Source of the DNA: Azolla caroliniana
Lineage: Eukaryota > Plantae > Polypodiophyta
Direction of reading: 5' to 3'
DNA length: 64,000 nt
NCBI GenBank assembly: GCA_043228905.1
Contig: JBHGNT010000003.1
Location: 25,482,001 to 25,546,000, forward strand
Numbering within the stretch: position 1 is the stretch's first letter; each line of letters starts with the position of its first letter. Below are positions 50,835-64,000 of the stretch, in pieces. Both the position numbers and the translations under genes were made by a program. Under the pieces are notes generated by a model that did no database searches, had not been told where the DNA came from, and worked only from the letters and a program-made list of their open reading frames with translations.

Positions 50835-53800
50835 GAAGCCCCCATGTAAAGAAAATTCATAGCAGCAGAAGTTTGCCTAAAATGATGAGCTCAAGATATG
50901 ATTTAATTAATAGGATATGGAAAAGAAAAATTGTAGCCGTTGGCAGGGCAAATGAATTTGTATATAGTCAAGAATAGTCAAGATCTGTTGGGTTGACATG
51001 TTGGAACCGAAGGGAGGTGCAAGCACAATCAACTTCGTGATGGGGTCTCCCATCCCTTCTACCGGAGATAACAAAATCCACTATCTCTAGTAGACATATT
51101 TGCTGGCAGCAAATAATGTATATCCATGTTCTAAGGTGAAGGATGAGCGGCAAAAGGATGTAGAACAGGGTTAACACACTAAAAACAAATTTTCACGGAG
51201 GACGATTTATGTCTACCATAGTGAAGTGTATATACAACAACTTGCCTCATTTAGATATTTTCATGTCCCTATTTCGATCTTTTCACTTCCCTAAAGTAAA
51301 CCACAGAATGGTTATTAAAGTCATTGCATTATGCAGCGACAAATGCCTCCCCCCTCACCACAGCTAGCAACACGCCATTATATGGTAGAGCCATACTAAA
51401 TAGTTGCCATGTGAAGTTTTGTGATGCAATGGGATGCTTGCAAAATAAGGTGACCCTGGAGATTTGTACACATAAACAAGCAAGAGCAACCTTTGACACC
51501 TCATGAAGAAGAAGAAGAAATCATATCTGGTTCTGATTGTTCTGAGTAGAAGAAAGTAAAAGGGCAGGGAAAATGTGTAATGACATACAACCCAGCACAG
51601 GCTTGACATGAATATGCTGAGGTGCTCAATGACATTTCTAAGCAGCATAGTTTGAAGGATGGATGCCAAAAGGATGTACACGCTAAGAACGGGCATAACA
51701 TGCTAAAAACAAATTTTCATGGAGGATGATTGAGGCCTACCAGAATGAAGTGTATATACAATGACTTGCTTCATTTTGATATTTCGCATCCCTCGTGAAC
51801 TAAGGCTCGAGTTGTCATATTGCAATTTAATCACTCTATAGTTTCCTATTTTAGAGGATTATGTGGTATTCAGGTCTAGATGAAGTATTCCTTGTGGGAA
51901 ACTTCAATGGCAATTTGCAAAATAGACAATGTGGTACCTATGTTTTGGAAGACTCAGAGATGATGCACTCAATATCTTTGGAGGACTTACGAAGGTGTAA
52001 GAGGTCAGCTCACTCAAGACCAAACAACATAGGTTATGGGAAACTTCTGTTACAGCTAGAGTCTTGACACTACCTGATTGTTAACAATGAGATGAACTCA
52101 TGGACAAACTCCAATGGTGTTACATGTTCCCAACTAGGAGACAATTGGAGCATAGTTTGATTATATCCTCGAGAAAGGAGAAGCCACCAAAACCGTGATT
52201 ATATCCTTGGTACAAGGGAAGCCACCAAAATTATAAAAAACTTCAGCATCCCGTCCCACCCCAATTGGTGCCGCCCACACTTACATTTTCATAACCTTGC
52301 CAACAGCACACCATTTCAATCATCTTCTATTTCATCACCAACCTTGCCCCTACACACAATCACCCACTTCATCAATGAACTCGTAGGAACTTATAGTCAA
52401 CATGTTACCATAAATCACATTGTTTTTTTCCAACTCTTTACTATCAATAGTTTTCCTTACCACACACTCTCCATACACCACACTCCTCGCAATATGCCCC
52501 AAAATCATTGGTACAATGAGGAATTTAAAGAGGTGTATGAACAACTTAGTGCTAAAGTAAAATATGATGTAGTGGCCGTATAACATGAATCAATCCAAAT
52601 ATATGAATGAATCCTAGTATGTCAATACACATCACGTGTGCTTTTTCCTCCATATATATTAAAAAAAGAAGATACATAAAATATCGATATGCCTCACAAG
52701 TTGCGCTTTTCGATCTATATATTTACACACAGATGCAAGCAAATGTAACCGTTGTGTGTTTAAACAGCACTCTTAAGAGGAAGCAAAATATTAGGATTCA
52801 TACCACCTCTTCAAGAGCAAAGATTCTGCTACCGCCTAACATGATACCCCCACTCTGATCGAGGATCCACAACTATGGCATTCTTATGGTGAAATCTTGT
52901 ATCATGTCCTTCACCAACCCCACCACAACTGTTAGAACATTGCCCTTCTACCCCATCCTTCACCTCTACGAGGTTGAGCAAGCCAACTAGGGCTTTCAAC
53001 ATGGATGATGATTTAACCACACAAGACTACAAGGGTAACCTCATGTATGGAGTATTTGTAGTTCCCTCTATCCTTGCAGACATGTTCAACATGGCCTTGG
53101 TAGGAAATTTGTAACATTAGTAGGATATTTGTACCTTAGAAAATGATTAGCCCAGGTACACCAGCTGGACCAAAAACACTTGCATACCCCATAGTAGCCC
53201 TAATGTGATCAGGATCAATTTTTCTGATCTGAGTAACAGATACCCAATCAATTGAAGACTAGGATCATCTAGCCTATTTGATTGATTTGAATGAGTTATT
53301 GGGAAAGGCTGGGGCATTTATTTAAGAAGAATATTCTTTTGAAATTCTGCAATGATTGAAATCAAGATAGTGATATGCAAGATCACTATTACTCTTGGAG
53401 GTATGGTTATTCTGGAAATGTGGCTTCTTAATGAATAAATGGTGGAGATTTTTGGCCTATTGTTGATGGTTTCTTAATGCCCCCTGAGCTGTACGGATGA
53501 ACACACATAGTTGCCTTTTGTTTTTATGAGGTGAAATTATGTGCACCTACAGAGATAACAGTTACTGGGAACAACCTACATGTTCAATGTTACAGAGTGT
53601 AGATCGTGCAATGCCTCACTGTGTATTGTGTAATATGTTCCATCAGCTGTATAAAACATGAAGCATCAATGCATCACAATGTATTTTCTTTATTCTCTAC
53701 TTCAATATCTTCGTACATTAGACAGCTCACCTCACTAAAGTTGGAGTACGGATGGAGAAAAGCTAAGATGAATTATCACCCTGAGAAGTTTGGAATGAAG

Positions 53801-56370
53801 ATTTCTGATTGTCTTGCGTTCTCTTCTTCTCTTTCTATCAGTACAACTCTGACTGATTTGGATCTCTCATTCAACCTTCTTGATGATGAGAAGGTGAAAG
53901 CATATTTGTAGTTTGAACGCTTTGGTTGTTAAAGGACATGAAACTAGCTTGAGACTGAATACTATGAACATATAAATGCAGACCAAAATATTGTTGAAAG
54001 GAATGATGAAAAATCCAATTTTATTACAAGTGAATTTCTCTCACAACCGAATAGGAGATGCAGGCATCACAGAGCTGGCACAGTATCTGGTTTCTGAAGT
54101 TTGCTTTCTTGTTGGTGTCAAACTTAGTAACAACTATTTCTCGACGCAGGGTTAGTTTTATAACCATGACATCAGATTTTTTTGCTGTACACATACTTCT
54201 CTTCCTTGGCAAAACTGTAACCATGATATGTCATATCTGTAAATACACATAATCTTTCTCATTTTGAGGGGAAGAATCCCTTTTTCATATTAGATTTACC
54301 CATATCTACTATTTGGCTAGTAGTAATGTTCTCTTTTGTTTTAACTTTCAATTGAGGCGCATTATGCTCTTTGATATAAGAAAAGTTTTGATATGATTTC
54401 CTACTTAGAAAATTCTCTTCAAGAAGAGCTTTAAATTAAAACACAAATGTCCACGAACGATGATTTTTAAATTTACAGGCATTGAAATCAAGACCATTAG
54501 ACTTGCAGCGTAAAAGACAACATGTGCTTCATATCCTAGAGTGACAAAAGCTGGCAAAAATGTTGGCAACATGATAGTAGGAAAAAAGAAAGATATGTGA
54601 ACATTTGCCAGAGACTGATTAGACAAACATGGTAGCCAGTGATCAGGCATAACAATGCAGGCCCTATGCGCTTTAAGCCTGTTTGGAATTATTATTTTGA
54701 TCATACCTTTCTAAACTTGGACATAGCAGTGCACACAGCTGTCTATTACCCCATGTATGTGGCTATACGTCCTTGGCTCCAGATATCTATGGTACATAGA
54801 TTCTCATGCAGAAGGTGTTGTCTTTAAGACAGTTTGGAACAATTATTTTCAACATAAAACATAACCTCAGAAGCTTGAGCACTGCATTGGTCATCTATCA
54901 TCCAATGTATGTGGCGATATGACTTTAATTCCAGATATCTATGCGTACTTTGAAGATCATCAATAACTAACATGCACGACCTCTCCTGACCAAGACAGTA
55001 GGTGCCATCAGAATCAGATGGAGGCCTATGACAGAGTCCATAGGATGACTATATGGTGTTTTTCATATGCCATTTTGTACTTGGGCTGATGTCAGCTGAG
55101 ACTAGTCTAGTCTCTCCATATGTTTGTGAGTGATGACTGATTATCATATACATAAATGAAAGCATGAGTACAGTGCAAATGTCTTATTAAATTTCCTCTT
55201 ATGGAATGCTTATATTTCAATCCTTTCTCTTGATGGAAGAAAATACATTTTTATAAAATTGTAAAAGGCCTCTTCATGGCTGCAGGTGCGAAGGCATTAG
55301 CAGAGGCTCTGAAAAGTAATGGTGTCCTCACCTATATGGATATTGGGTATAACAAATTGGAAGATGAAGGTGGATGTGCTATTATTGATTCTTTGCTCCT
55401 GAACACATCTTTACAGGTATTTCTGTAGCTTCTTGATATGCTTAGAATAAATAATAATAATGAGACCATCCTAGATGCAGGCAATTGCTAATTATGAGTT
55501 GTGGAGCAAATATTTCAGTTTATGGACAAAATTTGCTAATGATATGAAGTATCACATCTTTTGTACATTGTTTTACTTTTTTTCTTTAGTTTGGTGCAGA
55601 AAGATTCAGTCACTTAATCTTGCAAAGATAATCTTTAGGGACAAAATTTGTTAATGATATGAAATATCACATCTTTTGTAAATTGTTTTACTTTTTCTTT
55701 AGTCTAGAGGAGATAGATTCAGTCACTTATGGGAAAGAGGAAGCTAAATGAAAGCCTTATATGTTTTGTATTCAGAAATTGGTGCTTGGAAATTGTCGAC
55801 TTGGAGAAGAAACTGCAACATCTTTACGGGGGCTAATAAGCAGCTGTCGTCCTCCATTGATGCATCTTGATTTGTCAGGAAATCCTTCCATTGGCATGAA
55901 TGGTGGAGCAATCCTCCAAGAGTCTATGGTATGTTACACCTCATGAACCTTTTCAAACTTACCTCATATTGAGCCTTCACAATGCCCGGGAGCTTGTTTG
56001 CCATACACATTTGCTGTGACTAACAATGAGTTGGCTCACACTGATATAGTGCATATATTTACGATGTGTTAGTTCATATTGTATGTAAGGTGTCCTAGTT
56101 AATATATATGATAGTATTAATATTGATTGAACATTTTTGTTGATAACAAAACCAGGGAAATAAATTTCTTATAATTTGGTGGCATTCAAAAATTATATTT
56201 ACAGAGTATCTATCTACTATTGATTGTGTCAGTAAATTTTGTTTTATTATTCCATGCAGGAGGAAGGAAATCCACCAATGTTTCTGGATTTGAAACTATG
56301 TGGATTAAATGATGATTTGGAACAGGAAATAACTGAGGTAGTCGAGGCCAAGTATAGATTAAAGCCATGA
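49175..56370 (+). CDS. DRC5: Dynein regulatory complex subunit 5 / TCTE1-like leucine-rich-repeat axonemal protein, 389 aa
   Basis: Exons 49175-49342, 50222-50352, 50490-50624, 53722-53893, 53982-54150, 55286-55416, 55776-55928 and 56260-56370 give a continuous 1170-nt frame. Family motifs PSLVELC, EEYWKR, HGRSWKQLFFE, QLPSHL and L.YG....MNY....FGMKISDC are followed by RI-like LRRs. Confidence 0.88.
50767..50831. repeat. Compound (CT)n(AT)n microsatellite in DRC5 intron 3
   Basis: Directly visible. Confidence 0.95.
51860..52740 (+). mobile_element. LINE endonuclease/linker fragment in DRC5 intron 3
   Basis: VFLVGNFN (GDFN motif), GYGKLLLQL, then a broken TC...SIVDY segment and PQNHWYNEEF (the W[YF]DxEC linker motif). 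The frame is disrupted. Confidence 0.7.
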
Positions 56371-57916
56371 TTGCCTTCTTCCAATGCAGAAGGGTTATTG
56401 TCCGAGTGGTATAAAGATGGAAAGTATGATGCTCGAGAAGTGATTATAAGGAGAGATCTTGAACTTCTCTTTTGCATATCAATGTGTACCATGATTTTGG
56501 CATGGGCTCTTCTATGTTCATTCATTAATGCGCACAGTGGATTATTATATTTTATTGTTAAATTGACACTTTCACGGGCTTTCTCCCTGGCATTATCCCC
56601 TTATAAGGATACTTGTTTCTCACTTTGATAGTGGTGGAACTAATGTTCTTCACAAAAATTTCATCAATCATACTTGTGGGATATAAATATTACGATCATT
56701 AATTGTTTATGTAGTGGAACACATCAAAGACTTTGCCCATGACTTAGGGATGGCAATGTACCATGTATTCTATAAAATCGCAATGATTTAATACCATGTT
56801 ACATTTGGAGGAATGTTTGCATCACTGGATTGTTTTATTTGTCTTAAATATTCATTTCAGCTCCTGGTAAAATATAGTTAGTTCCACGAATTACTGGTAG
56901 CTTTAATTGATTAAAATGTTGTTACTGGTGTGAAATAGACATATATTATGAGGGATGTGACTGTGATTGTAAGAATCAACGTGTAAGCACATCTCTGCAT
57001 ACTCTCCTTCAGGGGCTGACATCCATTAACAGTTGCTAATGCGAGTGAAGCTTCTCCTTGGCTTCAATTATGTGAGTTGCTAATGCGAGTGAAACTATAT
57101 AGTTTGAGAATTCATAAACGATTTGGTTTGGTTTTTGTTTTTTATAGAAACCAAACCAAACCAGGCCCATAGGTACTGGTAAGCATAAAACTTGCATCCT
57201 TAGAGTTCATCAATAGACCTCACATAAAGAACCTTCCTAACATACGAGTTGTAGATTGTATTTGCCTTGGGCCAGCAAGCAATAGAGAGACCCAGGTCTT
57301 ACTGTATATGGGATAGAAATATTAATTATTCGTGTCTTCATATTTTAATTAGTTAATCACTATCCTTGGAAGATCATCAAAAACAGAATCGTTTCATTCC
57401 CTTCACTTGCTAGAAAACATCATGCAAAACATCAACTGAAGTTGGTTTGGAAGTGATACCAACTTTTCAATATTTGACATTAAGAGTGGAAAGCTATAAA
57501 TGCTTTTACACTACCATCATAGTAACCACTCGGTAAGTGGGTCTACGTCAACCTCTATACAGAATAAACTCAGTGCAAATCTAGCAAAAAGTATAACAAT
57601 AAGATAGAAGAAAGACAACATTTAAAATTTAAAAGCCGATGCACATAATACATTAACTCTTTGTGAGAAACTCATGTTCAGGGCTATTATAATTTACAAT
57701 TAATTGTACATCCTCTAACTGGTAAGCAGACAGACCAGCAGTGTATCTCCATCTTTTTGATAATCCTATATCCCATTCGAAGCATTTACTACAATTGGCT
57801 GAGTTATGATAAGAATGATTCAATGTATTATTACTCATGGGAAAATAAACAAATGTGTAAACATTGTAGTTTGTATTGTCTTTTTACTACATTTTAAGCA
57901 TGAACCTTAATGGATT

Positions 57917-60900
57917 TCATGATCCCTTGTTATCCTTATTAAACCGTGTGTATGGTGTGCATGGTAAGGCCAAAATCACTTTCTGATCCCTTGTTCGTGT
58001 TCTGAAACTCCGAAAAGCATCTGATGGTGTTGTCAGGTGTTCCATAGTCTCTAAATTATTGTCAGAAGTCACAGCCACACCACCCTGTTGCTCATTCTGT
58101 TGAGATGCATCAAATTCATGACAAGGAAAAAAACAGGGCATGCAAAATAAGATTTTAGCCTTAATAAATACCATAGGTATTGCTCCAATTGAGTTTCGCT
58201 CAACCTTTGTAAAACGTTTCCCTGTTAGTGGGTCGAAAAGCTGTCTGCATTAAAAAGCCAATAGTAGTAAGAACCTCCATTCAAGTTACTCAAACCCAGA
58301 ACATAAAAAGATAAGAAAACCATAGCTCCTGAAATTTGTGACTATTTAAAACTCCTGTGCAGGCAGATTCTATCTAGTCAAGCATCAAGAAGCATCTATA
58401 TAACTTTCAGGTTTTTTTTATGTCAGAAAATTCTACTTTAAAGACGGACTCGGTTCAGTAATATCAATGCTCTGGTTCCATTCCTTTGGTGGTTCCCCTT
58501 CTTCAGTGTCTGAATCAGAATATTCCCCATCCCATAACCTAGCCTTTGGTCGTGTATCATAAGCTTCTTCCATCTGCAATGGAGAAAAAATGGACTCATA
58601 AATTAACCATTTCCCAACAGCCTTCACAAGACAACTTTAAGGGAAATGAACCAAAATATATCTCTTCTTTAGTGAATTTGAGAAATATCCCCAGTATTTT
58701 CAGACCCCACAATAACCCCCACTTTTCAAAATTTCTAGTTCACTTTTTGTTCAACCATTTAAACATCATGCTTTGCAATTTTGGTCCCCTGGAGACACTA
58801 GAATATCATCATTATCTCTTGAGAGAGAGTGTATTTGTGTGATTAATGTCTACTAGAGGCCAAAATCAGTGTGAGACAAATCACAATTACAAATATGGTT
58901 GAATTCATTTTATCCATATTGAAACAAAAATAAATGCTCTAGGTTTCCGAAAGCTCCATGATCATGATTTTAATACATGTGAAGGACTAATTTTGGAGAT
59001 GGTTTACAAGCGCAGTGTGCATATCCAAAATGTATGGCAGAAATAGAAAGAGGAGGGACGAGAGAAGTTGTTGAGAGTGAAGCTGTAAATACAGGAGTAT
59101 GTTGAGAACTTTGAAAAGACAGAGGGTGTTTCAAGAAAGAAAGAGGGAGTTTTTGGTAGATCCCCCTTGTTTTTAATATTTGGTGCCACAATTTTCTATG
59201 TAGTTAGTATTGTCTCTTTACTTGTACTTGTGTCTATAACAAGACACAAACAATGCTGCATTATATAATCTTCGTAATAAGGCTGTATAACTTTCAAGTT
59301 TCCAGAAATAACGACATACATACATAAATTTCATATCTACATACATACGGACTTCCGTGCCACATAAGACAGGCTTAATGTCATGTAGGACCAAACCAAA
59401 GATTTAAAACTTGTAAGGTTGTCTAAGAGACGTGTGAAGCAAAAATGTTTTCAACATATGAGATAGAGTATAAGCCGTGAAAGAGAAAAAACAATGATCT
59501 ATTGACATTTTGTAGAAGACAATTCATGATGGATTTTCTAATGTTTAACAAATTTGTCTTGTTTTTTGGAATATAACTTTTGATTACAATTATGTTAACT
59601 GACAAACATTCCAACTGTTTATGTTGGTGAAAGGAAGATGTAGTCTCAGGTTGTACTACAATGCAATGTTGGTTTTACCAGTGCACTACATCCCAAATAT
59701 GAAAAAAGAAAAGAGGGATACCTCATCAAGAAGTTCTGTGTCTGGTGGTCTTTCTTGGAATTGAACACTAGGAACATGCTGTAGCTTCGATAGATTTTCA
59801 AGTAATATTTCCCTAGTGGATGAAAGAATGAATGAGATCAAATAAAAAATACAAAAGAACAGAACCCAAAAGTTGAATAAGTGAACCTTATGGAGTCTAG
59901 ATAACTCTTATGGTTTTTGTTTGCCATGCTGGTCGGAGCTATGTGAAGGTTATACTCAGGACCAAAGTACTCGAAATACTCATTGTACGGCATTTTATCA
60001 TCAATCTCAACACCAACAGCAATAGCAGTCTGTCATGAAAAATCTTTGTGAATAAGAGGTTAATCAAAAGAGACAGAAAACTTATTATGACTAATCATTA
60101 ACATAATGTTTATAGATCAACACTTTTTATTCTAGTTGGTGGTGTGAACTCTAATTCAAAGTTCTTCAATGACTCCCATGCTAGAGTTTAGGTAGATGAT
60201 CATGCACAAATTATTCTTAAAGAAAACATAAACAAGAGACTAGAAAAGCATAGCAAGTCATACACTCAGCAAAAAAATCGAAATATTCCATGAATTAAAC
60301 TACTTCAGCTACCAACTTATATCATAACTTAAACTAATCAGTTTGTAGTGACTGTGAAACAGAGAACACTGTAGCCTCTACACGGAAGTATATTCACTTT
60401 CTCAAGAAGTTTAACATGAGGGCACCTAGCAATCATTCCAGATACAGTTATACCGATCAGATTATGTTTAAATCCTTTAAGAAAGTGGTGCATTGAATCC
60501 ACGATATATTTGTAAGTTGCTCATGCAATACAAAATGTGTCACTAAGAATCAGCTGATTTTAAATGCTATGCAGATGAAATATAAATTAATTCCCTCATG
60601 TTGTATATATTTCTCAAAAAATAGCATGCAAATGCTTCTCATAAAAGAATAACATTTTTATTCCATTGCAACACAGCATATAAAATGCATTCATGTGAAC
60701 TCTTGCTTTCCAAGTCTACTTTTTGCAAATATGATTGTTAATATGACCTGAGATGGACAACCCCACACTCAAGTTTTTATTGCAATATATTCTTAATGCT
60801 TATGACTATTATATTGCAATCAAAAGCATAATCACAAAAGCATTTCTTGGTTGAATGGATTATTTGAAAGAACCATGGATTTCATGAGCCTCATAAATTA

Positions 60901-63900
60901 AGTGGACACTAAAATCAGTGCACTGCCTGCTGCCCAGGTTATAGCTTGATAGTCTGTTGGAGAAGGAGATGGATGATCAAGGAAATTCCATAGGGCTTGA
61001 AAGCATTCATTGTAGCACAATATTCAAAAGTCTCTAGCCAAATTGCAGCCACAAAAAACATATTTCCTATCACAAAAAGGTTTGTGTGCTATTCATAATG
61101 TAAACGAAATCGAACAAAGTATAATAACATTCCCAAGAGCTAAAAGAGGCCTAGATAACAAGTAATGATTAAGAATTCCATACTATGAATTTTACATACA
61201 AATGAAATGAAAAACTGATGATTTGGAGTTCCATACTATGCAAACTACAATGGAATTTCTTAAGAGAATTCGGCCAATATTAAGTCTTCAATAGTAAAGA
61301 TGGAGATGATGATATATTATCATTCAACGATGGCAGTAGCATGACCTATTGAACTGAGAAATCATCACAAGAGAGTCTCCTCTACTGTGGTTGCTCGTGT
61401 GAATATGTTGAGAGCATACATATGTGCCCAGAAGGGAATGAGTGTGTCTAGGTTGAAGATATTGTGAGATGTTTGTGCATTCATGGTCAATGATGATACA
61501 AGTTGTCAGGACTCAAATGGCCCTGAATGCTTCGCGCTGTAGCATTAGGTATTCCCTCATCCTTGAGCTCTAAGTTTTGGACAAAGTGTGAAAATGGGGA
61601 CTGGTCTTGCTAGAAGTCTCCACACTCCAGTTTATATTTCAAGACCATAAGAATCGAGTGAGATGTCTGTGCATTCATGGTCAATGATGATACGAGTTGT
61701 CAGGACTCAAATGGCCCTGAATGCTTCGCGCTGTAGCGTTAGGTATTCCCTCATCCTTGAGCTCTAAGTTTTGGACAAAGTGTGAAAATGGGAACTGCTC
61801 TTGCTAGAAGTCTCCATGCTCCAATTTATATTTCAAGATCATAAGAATCGAGTGCAGAGAAGAGTGAGAGGATGACACTATTTCTTGTAGTAATATGTGA
61901 TGCAATATTTGCAATTTGCCAATCTCAACAGTCCCATTATATTTAGTGGATAGCTCAAGTAATTTGCTCATATTCCATCTCTTAAATCTTTTTATATTGC
62001 CTGGTCAGAAAAGATAATTTTGCTTTTATTTTGTCAATTTTGTTGCTGGCCTCCCAAGCCTGGACCTTCACACTAAAGAGGGAGAAAGAAAGAGAAGAAT
62101 GAAATCTATATTAAGGTCTACTAGAGACCAAATTTGGCCTATGCGTGAAATCATGCTTACAAATATGAGAAACAAGAAATGAAAGGTAATTAACTGTTAT
62201 ATTAATGTCTACAGAAGGCCAACATATGAGTAATAAAGGGTAGACAGACAGACAGACAGAAAGAAAATACCTCATAGCACCAACATCTTGCAACATTTCT
62301 AATTGTGTAGCCACCACCTCCCAAAAGTAATAGAGGTACATTAAAAGAACGTACAAATCTAACACATTCTGCATGGCCTTTCACAGATAAGTTGAAGCAA
62401 CCAAGTCTATCGCCTGTAAGGGAATCTGCCCCACATTGCAAGACGATTGCTCCTGGTTGATACACCTCCATCACTTTCGATATTATTGGCTTAAAGAGTG
62501 ATTGATAGCTATCATCATCGATGCCCTCATGCAGTGGTACATTCACAGAGTAATATTTCCCTTTTCCATAGCCCAGGTCTCGAAGGTCACCAGTACCAGG
62601 GAAATAATCACCGAATTTGTGAAAGGAAACTGTCATAACTCGATCAGTTGTGTAGAATGCTTCTTCAACTCCATCACCATGGTGAATATCAATGTCGATG
62701 TAAAGAACCCGCTACAAAAGACCCAATAAGAGTAAGAAGACTAATTTTATGGAAAAGATTCTAACGAAGGCTTACAACATTTTAAGCATAAAGTATTGGC
62801 ACTTCTTTCACGTTTCCTCTTCATTTTGTAAGTAGAAAATCTAACCTAAATTGTCATGCTCAGCAATCCAAGAGAACCTATTTGTTTCATTAATCAGCTA
62901 TATGACTGCCTCTTTTTCATTTGAATAGAAAGAATGATTTCTTGGTTCCTAAGAATGCTTACTGATCCAAGAAAATCCATATGATAAACTTTCCATACAA
63001 ATCAAGCTGAACGTCCCAATGTAGCCAGAGAACATATATTTGTCTTGATTTCGTAAATTATATAAATATTATGCTCTGAAGAGGTGATTTGGGTGAGCTA
63101 TATAAGTCTCCTTCACCATATAAACGAATCTCACTGTGTTCAGCGCAAAATATGTATCAACAAACTTTTCTTATTTTTTCCTTCACACCATATGTATTAA
63201 AAAAGGCTTACATTTAGGTATCACAAATGACTTTTCAATCTAGGTTTTTCAAATCAATCCTCTTAGACGTGGATTTTACGCATAAATTTTCAAATAAGGC
63301 TTCTCAATGTGTGTTTTAAATCACTAATTAAACCTACGCAGTATTAATAGGTTTTCAAAGTAAGCTTCTTGAAACAAAAGGATTTTCTTTTAGAGAGATG
63401 GTGACCAGTTCTAGTAATAACAATAATCTCCTTACTTCATGACATTTGAGCAGCTCTAGAATCGCGAGCACGATGTCATTGACATAACAAAACCCGGATG
63501 CCTCACATTTCTTGGCATGATGGAGTCCACCAGACCAATTAATGGCTATATCGCTCTTCCTCTGATTAAGCTTCACAGCTGCACCAATCGATCCTCCAGC
63601 ATAGCTCTGACAAAATTCATACAGCCCATTGAAGACAGGGCAATCTTCAGCTACATTGAACCTCCTCAGTATCCGTAGACGTTGCCGGTATTGTTGTTGA
63701 TTTTGTGTATCTGAACCATGTTCATGCTGTTGATGTTGTGTTTCGGAAGAACGGAGCGAACTCAAGAATGAGATGTAATCATTTGAGTGATAGATACAAA
63801 GGTCTTCTTGATGAGCAGGATAAGGTCGGAACATATCAAGTTTGTGATGAAGATCATAGTGGACGATGAGGGAGTGAGCCATTCTGATTCGGTGAGGTTT

Positions 63901-64000
63901 CATTGGGTGACCTTGGCCATAGTAGTAGTTGCCAACAGCTGGGTCATAGAAGTAGGACACTACCCTCTTCTTTCCCTCAGGCCCTGCTGTGAGAGAGTTC
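57917..64000 (-). CDS. Class I (RPD3/HDA19-HDA6-type) histone deacetylase; start codon lies just beyond the right edge
   Basis: Exons >64000-63436, 62711-62271, 60029-59887, 59812-59722, 58573-58437, 58244-58172 and 58096-57917 (the last two are less certain). Motifs [90 protein letters not shown] and [11 protein letters not shown]. Confidence 0.96.
61464..61853. repeat. Recent two-copy ~193-bp tandem duplication in HDAC intron 2
   Basis: gtgagatgt.tgtgcattcatggtcaatgatgatac...cataagaatcgagtg occurs twice with few mismatches. Confidence 0.92.

Noticed and set aside
57121-57163. ttggtttggttt...aaaccaaaccaa hairpin as a miRNA precursor or terminator
   Set aside because: It is a short low-complexity palindrome, too small for a plant pre-miRNA and more likely a MITE remnant.

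Overview
Eukaryotic, AT-rich, intron-containing nuclear DNA from a land plant. An intact axonemal gene (DRC5/TCTE1) points to a lineage with flagellated sperm, probably a fern or lycophyte (inference). I reconstructed the following loci exon by exon from GT-AG junctions and reading phase: MCCB (-, runs off the left edge), an RBP45/47-type triple-RRM protein (-), a PP2A B' subunit (-), CGLD27/Ycf36-like (+), a RAB3GAP2-like locus that looks like an unprocessed pseudogene (+), a 661-aa R2R3-MYB (+), DRC5/TCTE1 (+) and a class I histone deacetylase (-, runs off the right edge). The MYB has a non-canonical R3 recognition helix and a His/Asp-rich tail. Non-coding space holds a solo LTR, three LINE fragments, a tRNA-derived SINE-like relic, microsatellites and many local tandem duplications. 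Several genes carry their own degenerate minisatellite in a 5'-proximal intron. No CRISPR array, rRNA or intact tRNA was seen, and I found no evidence of a new multi-gene system. Family assignments come from recalled motifs, not from database searches.
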